From contig CAVQCT010000005.1 of NCBI GenBank assembly GCA_963711085.1, positions 107,859 through 171,858 on the forward strand: a stretch of DNA of 64,000 bases. The letters are read 5' to 3'. Below the pieces are notes generated by a model. That model was not told the origin of the DNA, did not search any database, and was given only the letters and a program-made list of their open reading frames with translations. Origin of the DNA: an uncultured candidate division Zixibacteria bacterium (GTDB lineage Bacteria > Zixibacteria > MSB-5A5 > GN15 > FEB-12). Below, piece by piece: positions 46,769 through 56,154 of the stretch (position 1 is the first letter of the stretch; every line of letters begins with the position of its first letter). The translations under genes were made by a program, and so were the position numbers.

Positions 46769-47379
46769 TGAGCAGTAACGTTATAGTCGACATTCTCAAG
46801 GGTCTCAAGGAGCTTATCGCCGGAATGGGTATTACCGGTAAGCACCTGGGACGCCATGCCGTGACTTTGCAGTATCCGGTACAGAAGATGGAAATGCCGG
46901 AACGCTCGCGCGGAATAGTGGTACTGCTCTCCGACAAGGAGACCGGCGAGTTGAATTGCACTTCCTGCATGCTCTGTATGCGGGCTTGCCCGACTGCGGC
47001 AATAAGGATAGAAGCTCCGCGCGACGAGAACAAAAAGCGGCAGCTTAAGTCCTTTGTGATCGACAATACCATCTGTTGTTTTTGCGGTCTGTGTGAAGAA
47101 GCCTGTAATTTCAGTGCGATCAAGATGGCGACCAAGTACGAGTTCTCCACCTGGACACGTGCAGACCTGATCTGGGACAAAGACAAACTACAGGCTATGG
47201 GCAGGGACGTGCCCTATATAGATACCCGGAAGAAGAAGCCGGCCAAGACCGAAGCTGCGGCGAAGCCGGCCGCTCCGAAGCCGGAAGCAAAGGCCGAAGT
47301 ATCGGCGGAGCCCAAGGCAGAAGAAGCGAAAACGAATCCGGAAACCGGTACCGAGCCGAAGGAGAAAAACGAAAAATGA
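46768..47379 (+). CDS. nuoI: NADH-quinone oxidoreductase subunit I with an Ala/Lys/Pro/Glu-rich C-terminal tail
   Basis: TAATG overlap with nuoH. CTSCMLCMRACP and CCFCGLCEEACN 2x[4Fe-4S] motifs. Tail KKKPAKTEAAAKPAAPKPEAKAEVSAEPKAEEAKTNPETGTEPKEKNEK. Confidence 0.9.
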   Translation: MSSNVIVDILKGLKELIAGMGITGKHLGRHAVTLQYPVQKMEMPERSRGIVVLLSDKETGELNCTSCMLCMRACPTAAIRIEAPRDENKKRQLKSFVIDNTICCFCGLCEEACNFSAIKMATKYEFSTWTRADLIWDKDKLQAMGRDVPYIDTRKKKPAKTEAAAKPAAPKPEAKAEVSAEPKAEEAKTNPETGTEPKEKNEK

Positions 47380-47885
47380 TGGGCGCACCTGAAGTCGGTT
47401 TTGTCTTCTGGATTCTCGCGGTCATGATGATCCTCTCCGCGTTCATGGTCGTCAGCCTGAAGAACATCTTCCACTGCGCACTCTTTCTCATCTTCTGTCT
47501 GTTCTCAGTAGCCGGGATCTATATCATGCTTCACGCTGAATTTCTTGCGGCCGCACAGGTGCTTATCTATGTCGGGGCCGTCTCTATATTGATGATTTTC
47601 GCGATCATGCTGACCAGTAACCTGGCGTCGAAGAAGATCCATCAGGTGAACGAAAACGCGCTCGTATCGTTCTTTATCTCGCTTATCTTCTTCATAAGCG
47701 TCTGTATGCTCCTGTACAACACCCGCGTTTGGCGCTATGCGGTCGACAGCCTTCCGGACAACAATATCATGGCGGTCGGAAAGGCCCTCATGACCGAGTA
47801 TATGCTGCCGTTTGAAGTTGTTTCGGTACTGATGCTGGCGGCGATGATCGGGGCGATTGTACTCGCCCGGAAGGAGCGCTCCTGA
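47376..47885 (+). CDS. nuoJ: NADH-quinone oxidoreductase subunit J
   Basis: Five-TM protein with a FLAAAQVLIYVGAVSILMIFAIML motif, located between nuoI and nuoK. Confidence 0.85.
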   Translation: MMGAPEVGFVFWILAVMMILSAFMVVSLKNIFHCALFLIFCLFSVAGIYIMLHAEFLAAAQVLIYVGAVSILMIFAIMLTSNLASKKIHQVNENALVSFFISLIFFISVCMLLYNTRVWRYAVDSLPDNNIMAVGKALMTEYMLPFEVVSVLMLAAMIGAIVLARKERS

Positions 47886-48184
47886 TGTTTTACTATCTGG
47901 CGCTCGCTGCACTGCTCTTCTCGATCGGCCTGTTTGGCGTCCTTACTCGACGCAACGTGATCGGGATTCTCATGTCGCTTGAGCTGATGTTCAATGCCGC
48001 GAATATCAATTTCGTGACTTTCAACAGATACATTATAACCGACGGTCTCGCCGGACAGATCTTCGCCATTTTCATAGTAGTGGTGGCGGCTGCCGAGGCT
48101 GTGGTCGGTCTTGCTATAGTCCTGCTTCTGTATCGCAACTGGCAGGGTATCGATGTGGACAACGTCAATGTGATGAAGTGGTAG
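47885..48184 (+). CDS. nuoK: NADH-quinone oxidoreductase subunit K
   Basis: 99 aa, three TM helices, LMSLELMFNAANINFV motif. Confidence 0.9.
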   Translation: MFYYLALAALLFSIGLFGVLTRRNVIGILMSLELMFNAANINFVTFNRYIITDGLAGQIFAIFIVVVAAAEAVVGLAIVLLLYRNWQGIDVDNVNVMKW

Positions 48185-48193
48185 GTTGAGAAG

Positions 48194-50279
48194 ATGACTC
48201 AGAACGCATATTTGATACCCCTGCTCCCGCTCTTCTCCTTCGTGATGATCGTATTCGTCCTGAGATGGAAGGAAAAGATCGCCTCGGGATTTTCCATTGC
48301 GATGATCCTTGCTTCGTGGCTGATGTCAATATTCGTGCTGATTGAAACGATTGGCCGTGGAGCGGTGCCCTACGAAGCCTTCTACAAATTTATCGACCTC
48401 CCGAATTTCACGCTTGAAATCGGTATTCTGGTGGATTCGCTGACAGCCGTTATGCTGGTGGTCGTAACAACAGTCGGCGCCTGTGTCGAGATCTACTCGC
48501 TTGGATACATGAAAGACGATCCGCGCTTCAGCCGGTTTTTCGCCTACCTGTCACTCTTTCTCTTCAGTATGCTCGGACTGGTGCTTGCGAACAACTTCTT
48601 CATGATCTTCATCTTCTGGGAGCTGGTCGGGCTTACTTCCTACTTGCTGATCGGTTTCTGGTTCGAGAAGAAATCGGCGGCCGATGCCTGCAAGAAAGCG
48701 TTCCTGACGACCCGTGTCGGCGACCTTGGCTTCTTAATCGGTTTGTTCCTGATAGCCTTCTATTTCGGGACATTCAACTATCATCATGTCTTTGAGCTGG
48801 TAGGAACCGGGACGATTCCGGCCGGAGTCATCACCGCCGCGGCGATCTTCATCTTCTGCGGAGCGGTTGGAAAATCGGCTCAGTTCCCGCTGCATGTCTG
48901 GCTCCCCGATGCGATGGAGGGCCCGACCCCGGTGTCTGCCCTCATTCATGCCGCCACAATGGTAGCCGCCGGCGTCTATCTGGTGGCCCGCTCGATGAGT
49001 CTGTTCGTCGGCTCGGCCGATGCTTCACTGGTGGTAGCCATCATCGGAGTTGTGACTTCACTCATGGCCGCGACTATCGGTCTCGTTCAAAACGATATAA
49101 AGCGTGTTCTGGCCTACTCGACTGTCAGCCAGCTTGGATATATGATCATGGCGCTCGGACTGTACGGTTACGACACCGCCCACGAAGTGCACTCTTCCGG
49201 TTTCTATGCCGGCACTTTCCACCTGATGACCCACGCCTTTTTCAAGGGGCTCCTGTTCCTTGGTGCCGGATCGGTGATCCACGCCGTGCACACCAACGAT
49301 ATTCAGGAGATGGGCGGACTGTGGAAGAAGATGAAGATTACGGCGATCACATTTATGATCGCTTCAGCCTCAATTTCAGGAATTTTCCCGCTGTCCGGAT
49401 TCTGGTCAAAAGATGAGATCGTGGCCACCACCGTGCATCATCCTATCTTTATGGTGCTGACCCTGGTGATCGCGTTCATGACTGCCTTCTATATGTGGCG
49501 GCTCTGCTTCCTGACCTTCACCGGCAGCCCGCGTGACCAGCACAGATATGACCATGCCCACGAATCACCGGCCGTGATGACTTATCCTTTGATGCTTCTG
49601 GCGTTTCTTTCGGTGTTTGCCGGCTGGGTCGGTATCCCGGCGCTGGAGCATGGATTCGCCGCGTTCGTCTATCACGAGAGCGCCTATCATCCGCACTTCA
49701 ACTGGGGCATGGCGCTCCTTTCGACTGTGGTGGCCCTGTCCGGTGTCGGATTGGCCTATCTCATGTATTACAAGCGCTCGATCTCCGCTGAGAAAGTTGC
49801 GGCCGCGGTAAGGCCGCTGTACAAGCTTGCTTATAACAAATACTACTTCGATGAAATCTACCAGGTAATCATAATTAATCCGTTAATGGCGTTCGGGCGG
49901 CTCATGTGGAGCTTCGACGCTAAAGTGATCGACGGATTCGTCAATCTTGTAGGTAAGGCGACCATCGCTCTGGGCGCAACTCAAGCAATGGTTCGATACC
50001 TGGATAGTCGACGGGGCGGTCAACGGCTCAGGCTGGATCGTCCGCAAGAGCGGATCCATGCTGCGTTACCTGCAGACCGGGTCACTCCAGTTCTATATTC
50101 TGTTCATCATGACCCTGGTGGTGATATTCGGCATGTACAAGTTCGAGTCATCGCTTATCAGCATAAGCTGGCCGGCGTTGACCCTGGTGTTCGTGCTTGG
50201 ACTGATATTCCTTTCTATAATTTCAAAGATGGTTCTGGCCAGAACGAAACCGGAACAGGATTCGGAAAGCGAAGAATAG
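48194..50279 (+). CDS. nuoL: NADH-quinone oxidoreductase subunit L, interrupted by a +1 frameshift at about 49970-49980
   Basis: The long ORF is NuoL-like up to ..VIDGFVNLVGKATIALG, then Arg-rich nonsense to 50305. The +1 frame is open from 49953 and reads AQLKQWFDTWIVDGAVNGSGWIVRKSGSMLRYLQTGSLQFYILFIM.. (the canonical NuoL C-terminus), ending at TAG 50277-50279. Confidence 0.85.
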
Positions 50280-50304
50280 TTTTGATTTTGGAGGATAGAT
50301 TATA

Positions 50305-51783
50305 ATGCTGAGTTCTTTGATATTTATTCCGCTTGCCGGTATGCTGATAGTGATGCTACTCCCCAAGGATAGGACGAAACTTATCCAGTGGACGGCGATC
50401 GGTATCAGCATTATTCCGATGGCCATGACCTTCTGGATGACCTGGGACTACTTCTTCAATTTCTCCGGAAGCGCCGCGATGGCGTATGTCGAGGGTCCGT
50501 ACAGCTGGATTCCGTCGTTGAACATTCAGTATTATATGGGTGTCGATGGCATCTCCGTCCCGATGCTCTTTCTGACCGGATTGCTTTCGACCATATCGCT
50601 GATTGCTTCGCTCAGTATTAAAGATCGAATCAAAGAATACTTCGCGTTCTTCCTGCTGTTGGAGGCGGGAATGATGGGAGTGTTTGTCGCCCTCGATTTC
50701 TTCCTCTTCTATGTATTCTGGGAGATCATGCTGGTCCCGATGTACTTCCTGATCGGTGTCTGGGGCGGTCCGCGAAAGGAATACGCGGCAATCAAGTTCT
50801 TCCTCTACACCCTGTTCGGCTCGATTTTCATGCTGGTGTCGATCCTGATACTCTACTTCACGTCAGAGCCGCACACGCTCAATATGATTACCTTACTCGA
50901 CCATGGCCCGACGCTCTCACACGGGCTGCAGATGGTCTGCTTCATATTCTTCTTCATAGCCTTCGCCATCAAGGTCCCGGTCTGGCCGTTCCATACGTGG
51001 TTGCCCGACGCCCACGTGGAAGCGCCCACAGCGGTATCGGTCATTCTTGCCGGTGTGCTGCTTAAGATGGGAACGTACGCGATGCTTCGCATCAACTGGC
51101 CGATGTTTCCTTCGGCGCTCAGATCGCTCTCCTTCTGGATCGCATTGCTCGGCGTAATAGGAATCATCTATGGTGCGTTGGTCTCGATGGCGCAGAAAGA
51201 CCTGAAGAAACTGGTTGCCTACTCGTCGGTTTCGCACATGGGCTACTGCATGATGGCGCTTGGCGCGTTTACGTCGACCGCCGCCATCACCGGCTGTATG
51301 TTCCAGATGGTGTCGCACGGTTTGATCACCGGCGCCTTGTTCCTTTTGGTCGGCGTACTGTACGACCGGGCCCACACCAGAGAGATCGCGGCTTTTGGCG
51401 GCCTGGGATCAAAGCTCCCGGTGTACAGCGGCATTATGGTGTTGTTCTCAATGGCTGCTCTCGGGCTGCCGGGTATGTCCGGGTTCGTCGCCGAATTTAT
51501 GGTATTCGTTGGATCCTTCAGCGTGCTGAATAAAGTCCTGGTTGGCATCTCGGTGCTTGGTGTTGTGCTTGGCGCGACTTACATGCTCCGGATGGTCCAG
51601 CGTGTCTTCCTTGGTGAATTCAACCTGGCCCGCTGGGGCGGACTGACCGAAATCAATTTGCGCGAAATCATCTCCGTGGCGCCGCTCGCCGTCCTGACCC
51701 TCGCGATCGGTGTCTATCCGAAACCATTGACCGACCTGATGAGCGCAACCATCCAACATTTGATCACCCTCATGTCAAGGTAG
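50305..51783 (+). CDS. nuoM: NADH-quinone oxidoreductase subunit M
   Basis: 14-TM antiporter-like subunit with WLPDAHVEAPTAVSVILAGVLLKMG. Confidence 0.9.
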   Translation: MLSSLIFIPLAGMLIVMLLPKDRTKLIQWTAIGISIIPMAMTFWMTWDYFFNFSGSAAMAYVEGPYSWIPSLNIQYYMGVDGISVPMLFLTGLLSTISLIASLSIKDRIKEYFAFFLLLEAGMMGVFVALDFFLFYVFWEIMLVPMYFLIGVWGGPRKEYAAIKFFLYTLFGSIFMLVSILILYFTSEPHTLNMITLLDHGPTLSHGLQMVCFIFFFIAFAIKVPVWPFHTWLPDAHVEAPTAVSVILAGVLLKMGTYAMLRINWPMFPSALRSLSFWIALLGVIGIIYGALVSMAQKDLKKLVAYSSVSHMGYCMMALGAFTSTAAITGCMFQMVSHGLITGALFLLVGVLYDRAHTREIAAFGGLGSKLPVYSGIMVLFSMAALGLPGMSGFVAEFMVFVGSFSVLNKVLVGISVLGVVLGATYMLRMVQRVFLGEFNLARWGGLTEINLREIISVAPLAVLTLAIGVYPKPLTDLMSATIQHLITLMSR

Positions 51784-51787
51784 CCGG

Positions 51788-53299
51788 ATGAACGCGCAAA
51801 TGCCACAGATCAGCTTTTCCATGATGCTTCCGGAGATATTCCTTTTTCTCTGGGCGCTGGTGGTGATCACGTTCGATTTAGTGACGAGCCGAAAGAGTGA
51901 GACGGCGGCCGGTTATCTCTCGATGCTCGGCCTGGCAATCACCGGCGTGATACTGGCGTTTACCGGGTACGGACGCGGGTTCGGCAACATGTTCTTCAAC
52001 GATCCGTTCTCGCTTTTCTTCAAGATCATTTTCCTCGGCGCGGCCTTCATGGCGATCGGGAGTTCGTTCGGTATCCTCAAACAAAAGATCGTGAATCACC
52101 GGGGTGAATTCTTCGGACTGATTCTTTTCTCGACCGTCGGGATGATGTTCCTGGCGTCATCGAACGAGCTGCTCTCGCTCTATATCGGCCTTGAACTGAC
52201 CACTATCCCGCTTTTCGTGCTCGCCGCCTTCTTCAAAGACAATCGGCTCTCGGTCGAAGCCGGGTTGAAGTACTTCGTAATCGGCGCGTTTTCTTCCGCC
52301 TTGTTGCTCTATGGACTCTCATTTCTGTACGGTCTTTCCGGAACTACCGACCTCGTGCAGATGAAAATAAATATGGCCATCACCCATCTGACGTTCAAGA
52401 ATATCGGGGTGATGCTGATCGTTTCGACTCTGTTAATCCTCGCCGGAATCGGCTTCAAGCTGGCTTTGCCGCCATTCCATCAGTGGGCGCCGGACGTATA
52501 CGAAGGGGCTCCGACTCCGGTGGCCGCATTTCTGTCGGTCGGCTCCAAGGCGGCCGGGCTGGTGGCCTTCGCGAAGATATTCGTCAACGGCCTGTTCGCT
52601 TTCTGGGGGCCGGAAATGGCGCCGAACGACTGGGGGAGAATGGTCGCTGTCGCCGCCATCCTCGCGCTCATCATAGGCAACGTCGTGGCTATCCGGCAGT
52701 CGAATATCAAGAGAATGCTCGCCTATTCATCGATCGCCCAGGCCGGATATATCATGATCGGTATGGTGTCGATGTCGGATCTTGGCATGTCGGCGGTCGG
52801 GTACTATATATTCGCGTACCTCTTCGCGAACATGGGTGCCTTCGCCATGGTCGTTATGTTCGAGGACCAGACTGGCTCCTGTCAGATTGCAAGCTATCGC
52901 GGACTGTCCAAGACATCGCCGTTCTTCGCGGCGGGGCTCTCGCTGTTCATGCTGTCGCTTGCCGGTATTCCACCGCTGGCAGGATTTATGGCCAAATATA
53001 AAGTCTTTGCGGCGGCCATCAACCTTGCCACAGCCGGGCAAGGTCAGTACAATTTCCTGTACTGGCTGGCCGGTGTCGGTCTGCTGACCTCCGTCTTTTC
53101 GCTGTTCTACTATGCCAATGTCATCAAACAGATGTACTTCTCAAAAGATGAGTCGCCCTATCGTATTGCCTACACTGCCGCAGCCTCCGCGGTCGTGGTT
53201 ATCGGCCTGGCCGGTATCTTCATCGTTGGCATCCTGCCGGAACCAATCCTTCAGTTCGCCGGCAAGATCTCGGCTGTGTTCGGTTTCATGCCTCACTGA
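51788..53299 (+). CDS. nuoN: NADH-quinone oxidoreductase subunit N
   Basis: PFHQWAPDVYEGAPTPVAAFLSVGSKAAG motif. Last gene of the operon. Confidence 0.9.
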   Translation: MNAQMPQISFSMMLPEIFLFLWALVVITFDLVTSRKSETAAGYLSMLGLAITGVILAFTGYGRGFGNMFFNDPFSLFFKIIFLGAAFMAIGSSFGILKQKIVNHRGEFFGLILFSTVGMMFLASSNELLSLYIGLELTTIPLFVLAAFFKDNRLSVEAGLKYFVIGAFSSALLLYGLSFLYGLSGTTDLVQMKINMAITHLTFKNIGVMLIVSTLLILAGIGFKLALPPFHQWAPDVYEGAPTPVAAFLSVGSKAAGLVAFAKIFVNGLFAFWGPEMAPNDWGRMVAVAAILALIIGNVVAIRQSNIKRMLAYSSIAQAGYIMIGMVSMSDLGMSAVGYYIFAYLFANMGAFAMVVMFEDQTGSCQIASYRGLSKTSPFFAAGLSLFMLSLAGIPPLAGFMAKYKVFAAAINLATAGQGQYNFLYWLAGVGLLTSVFSLFYYANVIKQMYFSKDESPYRIAYTAAASAVVVIGLAGIFIVGILPEPILQFAGKISAVFGFMPH

Positions 53300-53315
53300 G
53301 GCAATCCGAAATTAT

Positions 53316-53344
53316 TTGACTTGAGATATACCGCCCGATATACT
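53316..53344 (+). promoter_or_regulatory. Sigma70-like promoter upstream of the DUF502 gene
   Basis: TTGACT (53316-53321), 17-nt spacer, TATACT (53339-53344), 37 nt before the GTG at 53381. Confidence 0.45.
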
Positions 53345-53380
53345 CTGGCTATAGTTACCTTCATTTCCGGTGGTTAGGCA

Positions 53381-54034
53381 GTGAGACAGTTACTTATTAT
53401 CATTAAGCGGTACTTTGTGTCCGGCGTACTCGTGGTCGTGCCGCTTATTCTCACTTACCTGATTCTCAGATTCCTGCTCGAAGCTGTGGACAGCATCCTC
53501 GGGCCGATAATCGAAAAGGTGTTCGGATATTACTTCTTCGGCCTCGGTGTTCTCACGACCATACTGTTGATCCTGCTCGCCGGTGTTCTGACGCGTAATT
53601 TTGTCGGCGCACAGCTTTACCGCTACGGTGAGAAAGTACTCAGTCGGATGCCAATCATCCGGCCGGTCTATTCGGCAGCCAAACAGCTGCTCGAAGCGAT
53701 CGCCCTCCCCACGACCAGTTCGTTCAAGGAAGTGGTGCTGGTGGAATACCCGAGACGCGGCGCATACGCGGTGGGATTCGTGGCCAAGGAAATCACCCTG
53801 GATGCTGACGGGACCCCGAAAAATCATATGGTGGTTTTCGTCCCGTCCACCCCTACGCCTGTATCAGGAATTGTAATAATAGTGCCATCGAATGAAATTA
53901 TTCCACTCGACTTGACCCTCGAAGAGGGTGCCAAGTTTCTGGTGTCGGGAGGGGCAGCCTCACCGGAAAAGTTGAGGCGCAAAGTCCCGTCGAAAAACAG
54001 TGATCACGATGAGGTCGGATATGAAGCTGGCTAA
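53381..54034 (+). CDS. DUF502-family membrane protein
   Basis: KRYFVSGVLVVVPLILTYLILRFL...PIIRPVYSAAKQLLEA...PSTPTPVSG pattern, typical of DUF502. Confidence 0.75.
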   Translation: MRQLLIIIKRYFVSGVLVVVPLILTYLILRFLLEAVDSILGPIIEKVFGYYFFGLGVLTTILLILLAGVLTRNFVGAQLYRYGEKVLSRMPIIRPVYSAAKQLLEAIALPTTSSFKEVVLVEYPRRGAYAVGFVAKEITLDADGTPKNHMVVFVPSTPTPVSGIVIIVPSNEIIPLDLTLEEGAKFLVSGGAASPEKLRRKVPSKNSDHDEVGYEAG

Positions 54035-54929
54035 TCTGCTGATGGAACGTCGAATCACCATTGACCTGAAAGCCCAGAACAAGGGTCAGGCAATTCTCGA
54101 ACTGCTGGACCTGATCAAGAACGAAGGGGTCCGGATGGACTATGTCGAAGTGATGCGATCGATCGCCGAGCGGGAAGAAGTCGAAAACACGAATTACGGA
54201 CACGGCTTTGCCTTCCCGCACGCACGAACCGATGCCGTCAGTGAGCTGTACATCCTGATCGGGGTTTCGCGATCCGGGCTCAACGACAAAACTCCGGACA
54301 ACATCCCGGTTCATGTCCTCTGTCTGCTGCTTACACCGGCGACCATCGCCAAGCTCTATTTGCAGACGCTCTCAGGCCTGGCGGCGTTCGGGCGGACTCC
54401 CGGAACCTTGCAGAAAGTGCTCAGCGTCACCCACACCAGCGATCTGGTGAAACTGATTGCTGACACCGGCATTACCGTGGACAAGGAATTGATGGTCAAG
54501 GATGTGATGCGGCATAATGTCGCTACTGTGACCGCGGACGATACGCTGAAAGAGGTAGCCAATCAGATGTTCCGGAATCGTCTCTCGGCGCTGGCGGTGG
54601 TCGATCTGGAAGGTCGCCTGGTTGGCGTGATCGGGGACCGTGACCTGATAAAGGCAGCTCTTCCTGATTACAAATCGTTGATCTCGAATTTGAATTATTC
54701 TATTGATGTCGAGCCGTTCGAAGAACTGCTTAAACAGGAAGACAAGATCAAGGTATCGCAGCTGTTTCGTACGGATTATGAAGTAACGACACCGGAGACG
54801 CGGATTGTCGAGGTTGCGGCGATGATGATTTTTAAGGACATTAGAAGAGTTTTCGTTACTTCGGGCGACAATAAGCTGGTCGGCGTCCTGCTCCGCAAGG
54901 ATATCGTTAATATGATCATCAGAGGATAA
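54021..54929 (+). CDS. PTS EIIA(Ntr)-type domain fused to a CBS-domain pair
   Basis: GAGG RBS. GHGFAFPHART phosphorylatable-His context of the EIIA_2 fold, then two CBS units (VMRHNVATVTADDTLKEVANQMFRNRLSALAVVD; ...VEVAAMMIFKDIRRVFVTSGDNKLVGVLLRKDIV). Confidence 0.75.
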   Translation: MKLANLLMERRITIDLKAQNKGQAILELLDLIKNEGVRMDYVEVMRSIAEREEVENTNYGHGFAFPHARTDAVSELYILIGVSRSGLNDKTPDNIPVHVLCLLLTPATIAKLYLQTLSGLAAFGRTPGTLQKVLSVTHTSDLVKLIADTGITVDKELMVKDVMRHNVATVTADDTLKEVANQMFRNRLSALAVVDLEGRLVGVIGDRDLIKAALPDYKSLISNLNYSIDVEPFEELLKQEDKIKVSQLFRTDYEVTTPETRIVEVAAMMIFKDIRRVFVTSGDNKLVGVLLRKDIVNMIIRG

Positions 54930-54939
54930 CGGGAGCCCG

Positions 54940-56148
54940 ATGACGGAACAACGACCCAGGTTCAAGATCTCGTTTCCAATCTATTTCATCTTCCTGCTGA
55001 CTTTTGTGATCTCACTGCCTGGTTTGCTGACCGGGCTGTTTCATTGGGAGGTCGCGCCGGTTACCGGGACGGTGATGTTCGGTCTCGCGATTTTCTGTGG
55101 CGCCTTTATTTTGTCGTGGGCGGCCGAAGCTGCGCAGATCGATATTTCAGAATCTCTTGCGGTCGTCATTCTGGCGCTTTTGGCTGTTCTCCCCGAGTAT
55201 GCCGTTGACTTCGTTTTCACCTGGAAGTCGGCACACGATCCTTCCCAGATGCACTTCGCCATTGCTAACATGACAGGCGCAAATAGGCTTCTGGTCGGAC
55301 TCGGCTGGCCGTTCATTCTTTTCCTTTACGTTTTCGTGAAAAAGAAGAAGCAAATCGTGCTGGAATCCTCCCAGCGGGTCGAGATTTTCTACCTCGCCAT
55401 GGCCACCCTCTATTCATTTACGATCCCACTCAAGGGGAGCCTCAATCTGATCGACACGGTGATTTTGGTGTTTATATTCGCCATGTACACGCGAAGGGCG
55501 GCGCAATTGGAGTCAGCGGAGCCGGAAGTGGTCGGGCCGGTAAAAATCGTCGCCAATCTCAGCACCATTCCGAGGCGGATACTCACGATCTTTCTCTTTG
55601 TCTATGCCGGTGTTGTAATCTTTTTCGTGGCCGAGCCGTTCGCTGAATCGCTCGTCGGTATGGGACGAAGTTTTGGGGTAAACGAATTCCTGTTGGTACA
55701 GTGGCTTGCGCCGATTGCTTCTGAAGCTCCGGAGTTTATTATCGCGGCTGCCTGGGCAACCCGCGGTGCCGCCGGATCGGCACTGAAAGCTCTGATATCG
55801 TCAAAAGTGAATCAATGGACCCTGCTAATCGGTACCATCCCGCTGGTCTACGCCATTTCCGGCCGGGCAATTCACCCGTTCATCCTCGATACGAGACAGG
55901 ATCACGAACTGATCCTCACGGCCGCTCAATCGTTGTTCGGGGTGGCGGTGCTGGTGAATCTCAAGCTGAATCGCACCGAAGGGCTGCTGCTGCTGGTGTT
56001 ATTTCTGGCCCAATTGATTGTCGAAGAAATCCGCCTCGAAGTGGCGGGTGTTTATATCCTGCTGGCGATCCTGTTTCATTATCTTCACCGAAGGTCGCTT
56101 ATTCCGGCCGCCCGGATCGGACTCAATCTGAAGATGTTCAAGAAATAG
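54940..56148 (+). CDS. Na+/Ca2+-exchanger-superfamily membrane protein
   Basis: About 10 TM helices. Two alpha-repeat-like segments (WAAEAAQIDISESLAVVILALLAVLPEY and APIASEAPEFIIAAAWA). Confidence 0.7.
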   Translation: MTEQRPRFKISFPIYFIFLLTFVISLPGLLTGLFHWEVAPVTGTVMFGLAIFCGAFILSWAAEAAQIDISESLAVVILALLAVLPEYAVDFVFTWKSAHDPSQMHFAIANMTGANRLLVGLGWPFILFLYVFVKKKKQIVLESSQRVEIFYLAMATLYSFTIPLKGSLNLIDTVILVFIFAMYTRRAAQLESAEPEVVGPVKIVANLSTIPRRILTIFLFVYAGVVIFFVAEPFAESLVGMGRSFGVNEFLLVQWLAPIASEAPEFIIAAAWATRGAAGSALKALISSKVNQWTLLIGTIPLVYAISGRAIHPFILDTRQDHELILTAAQSLFGVAVLVNLKLNRTEGLLLLVLFLAQLIVEEIRLEVAGVYILLAILFHYLHRRSLIPAARIGLNLKMFKK

Positions 56149-56154
56149 CGGGGG

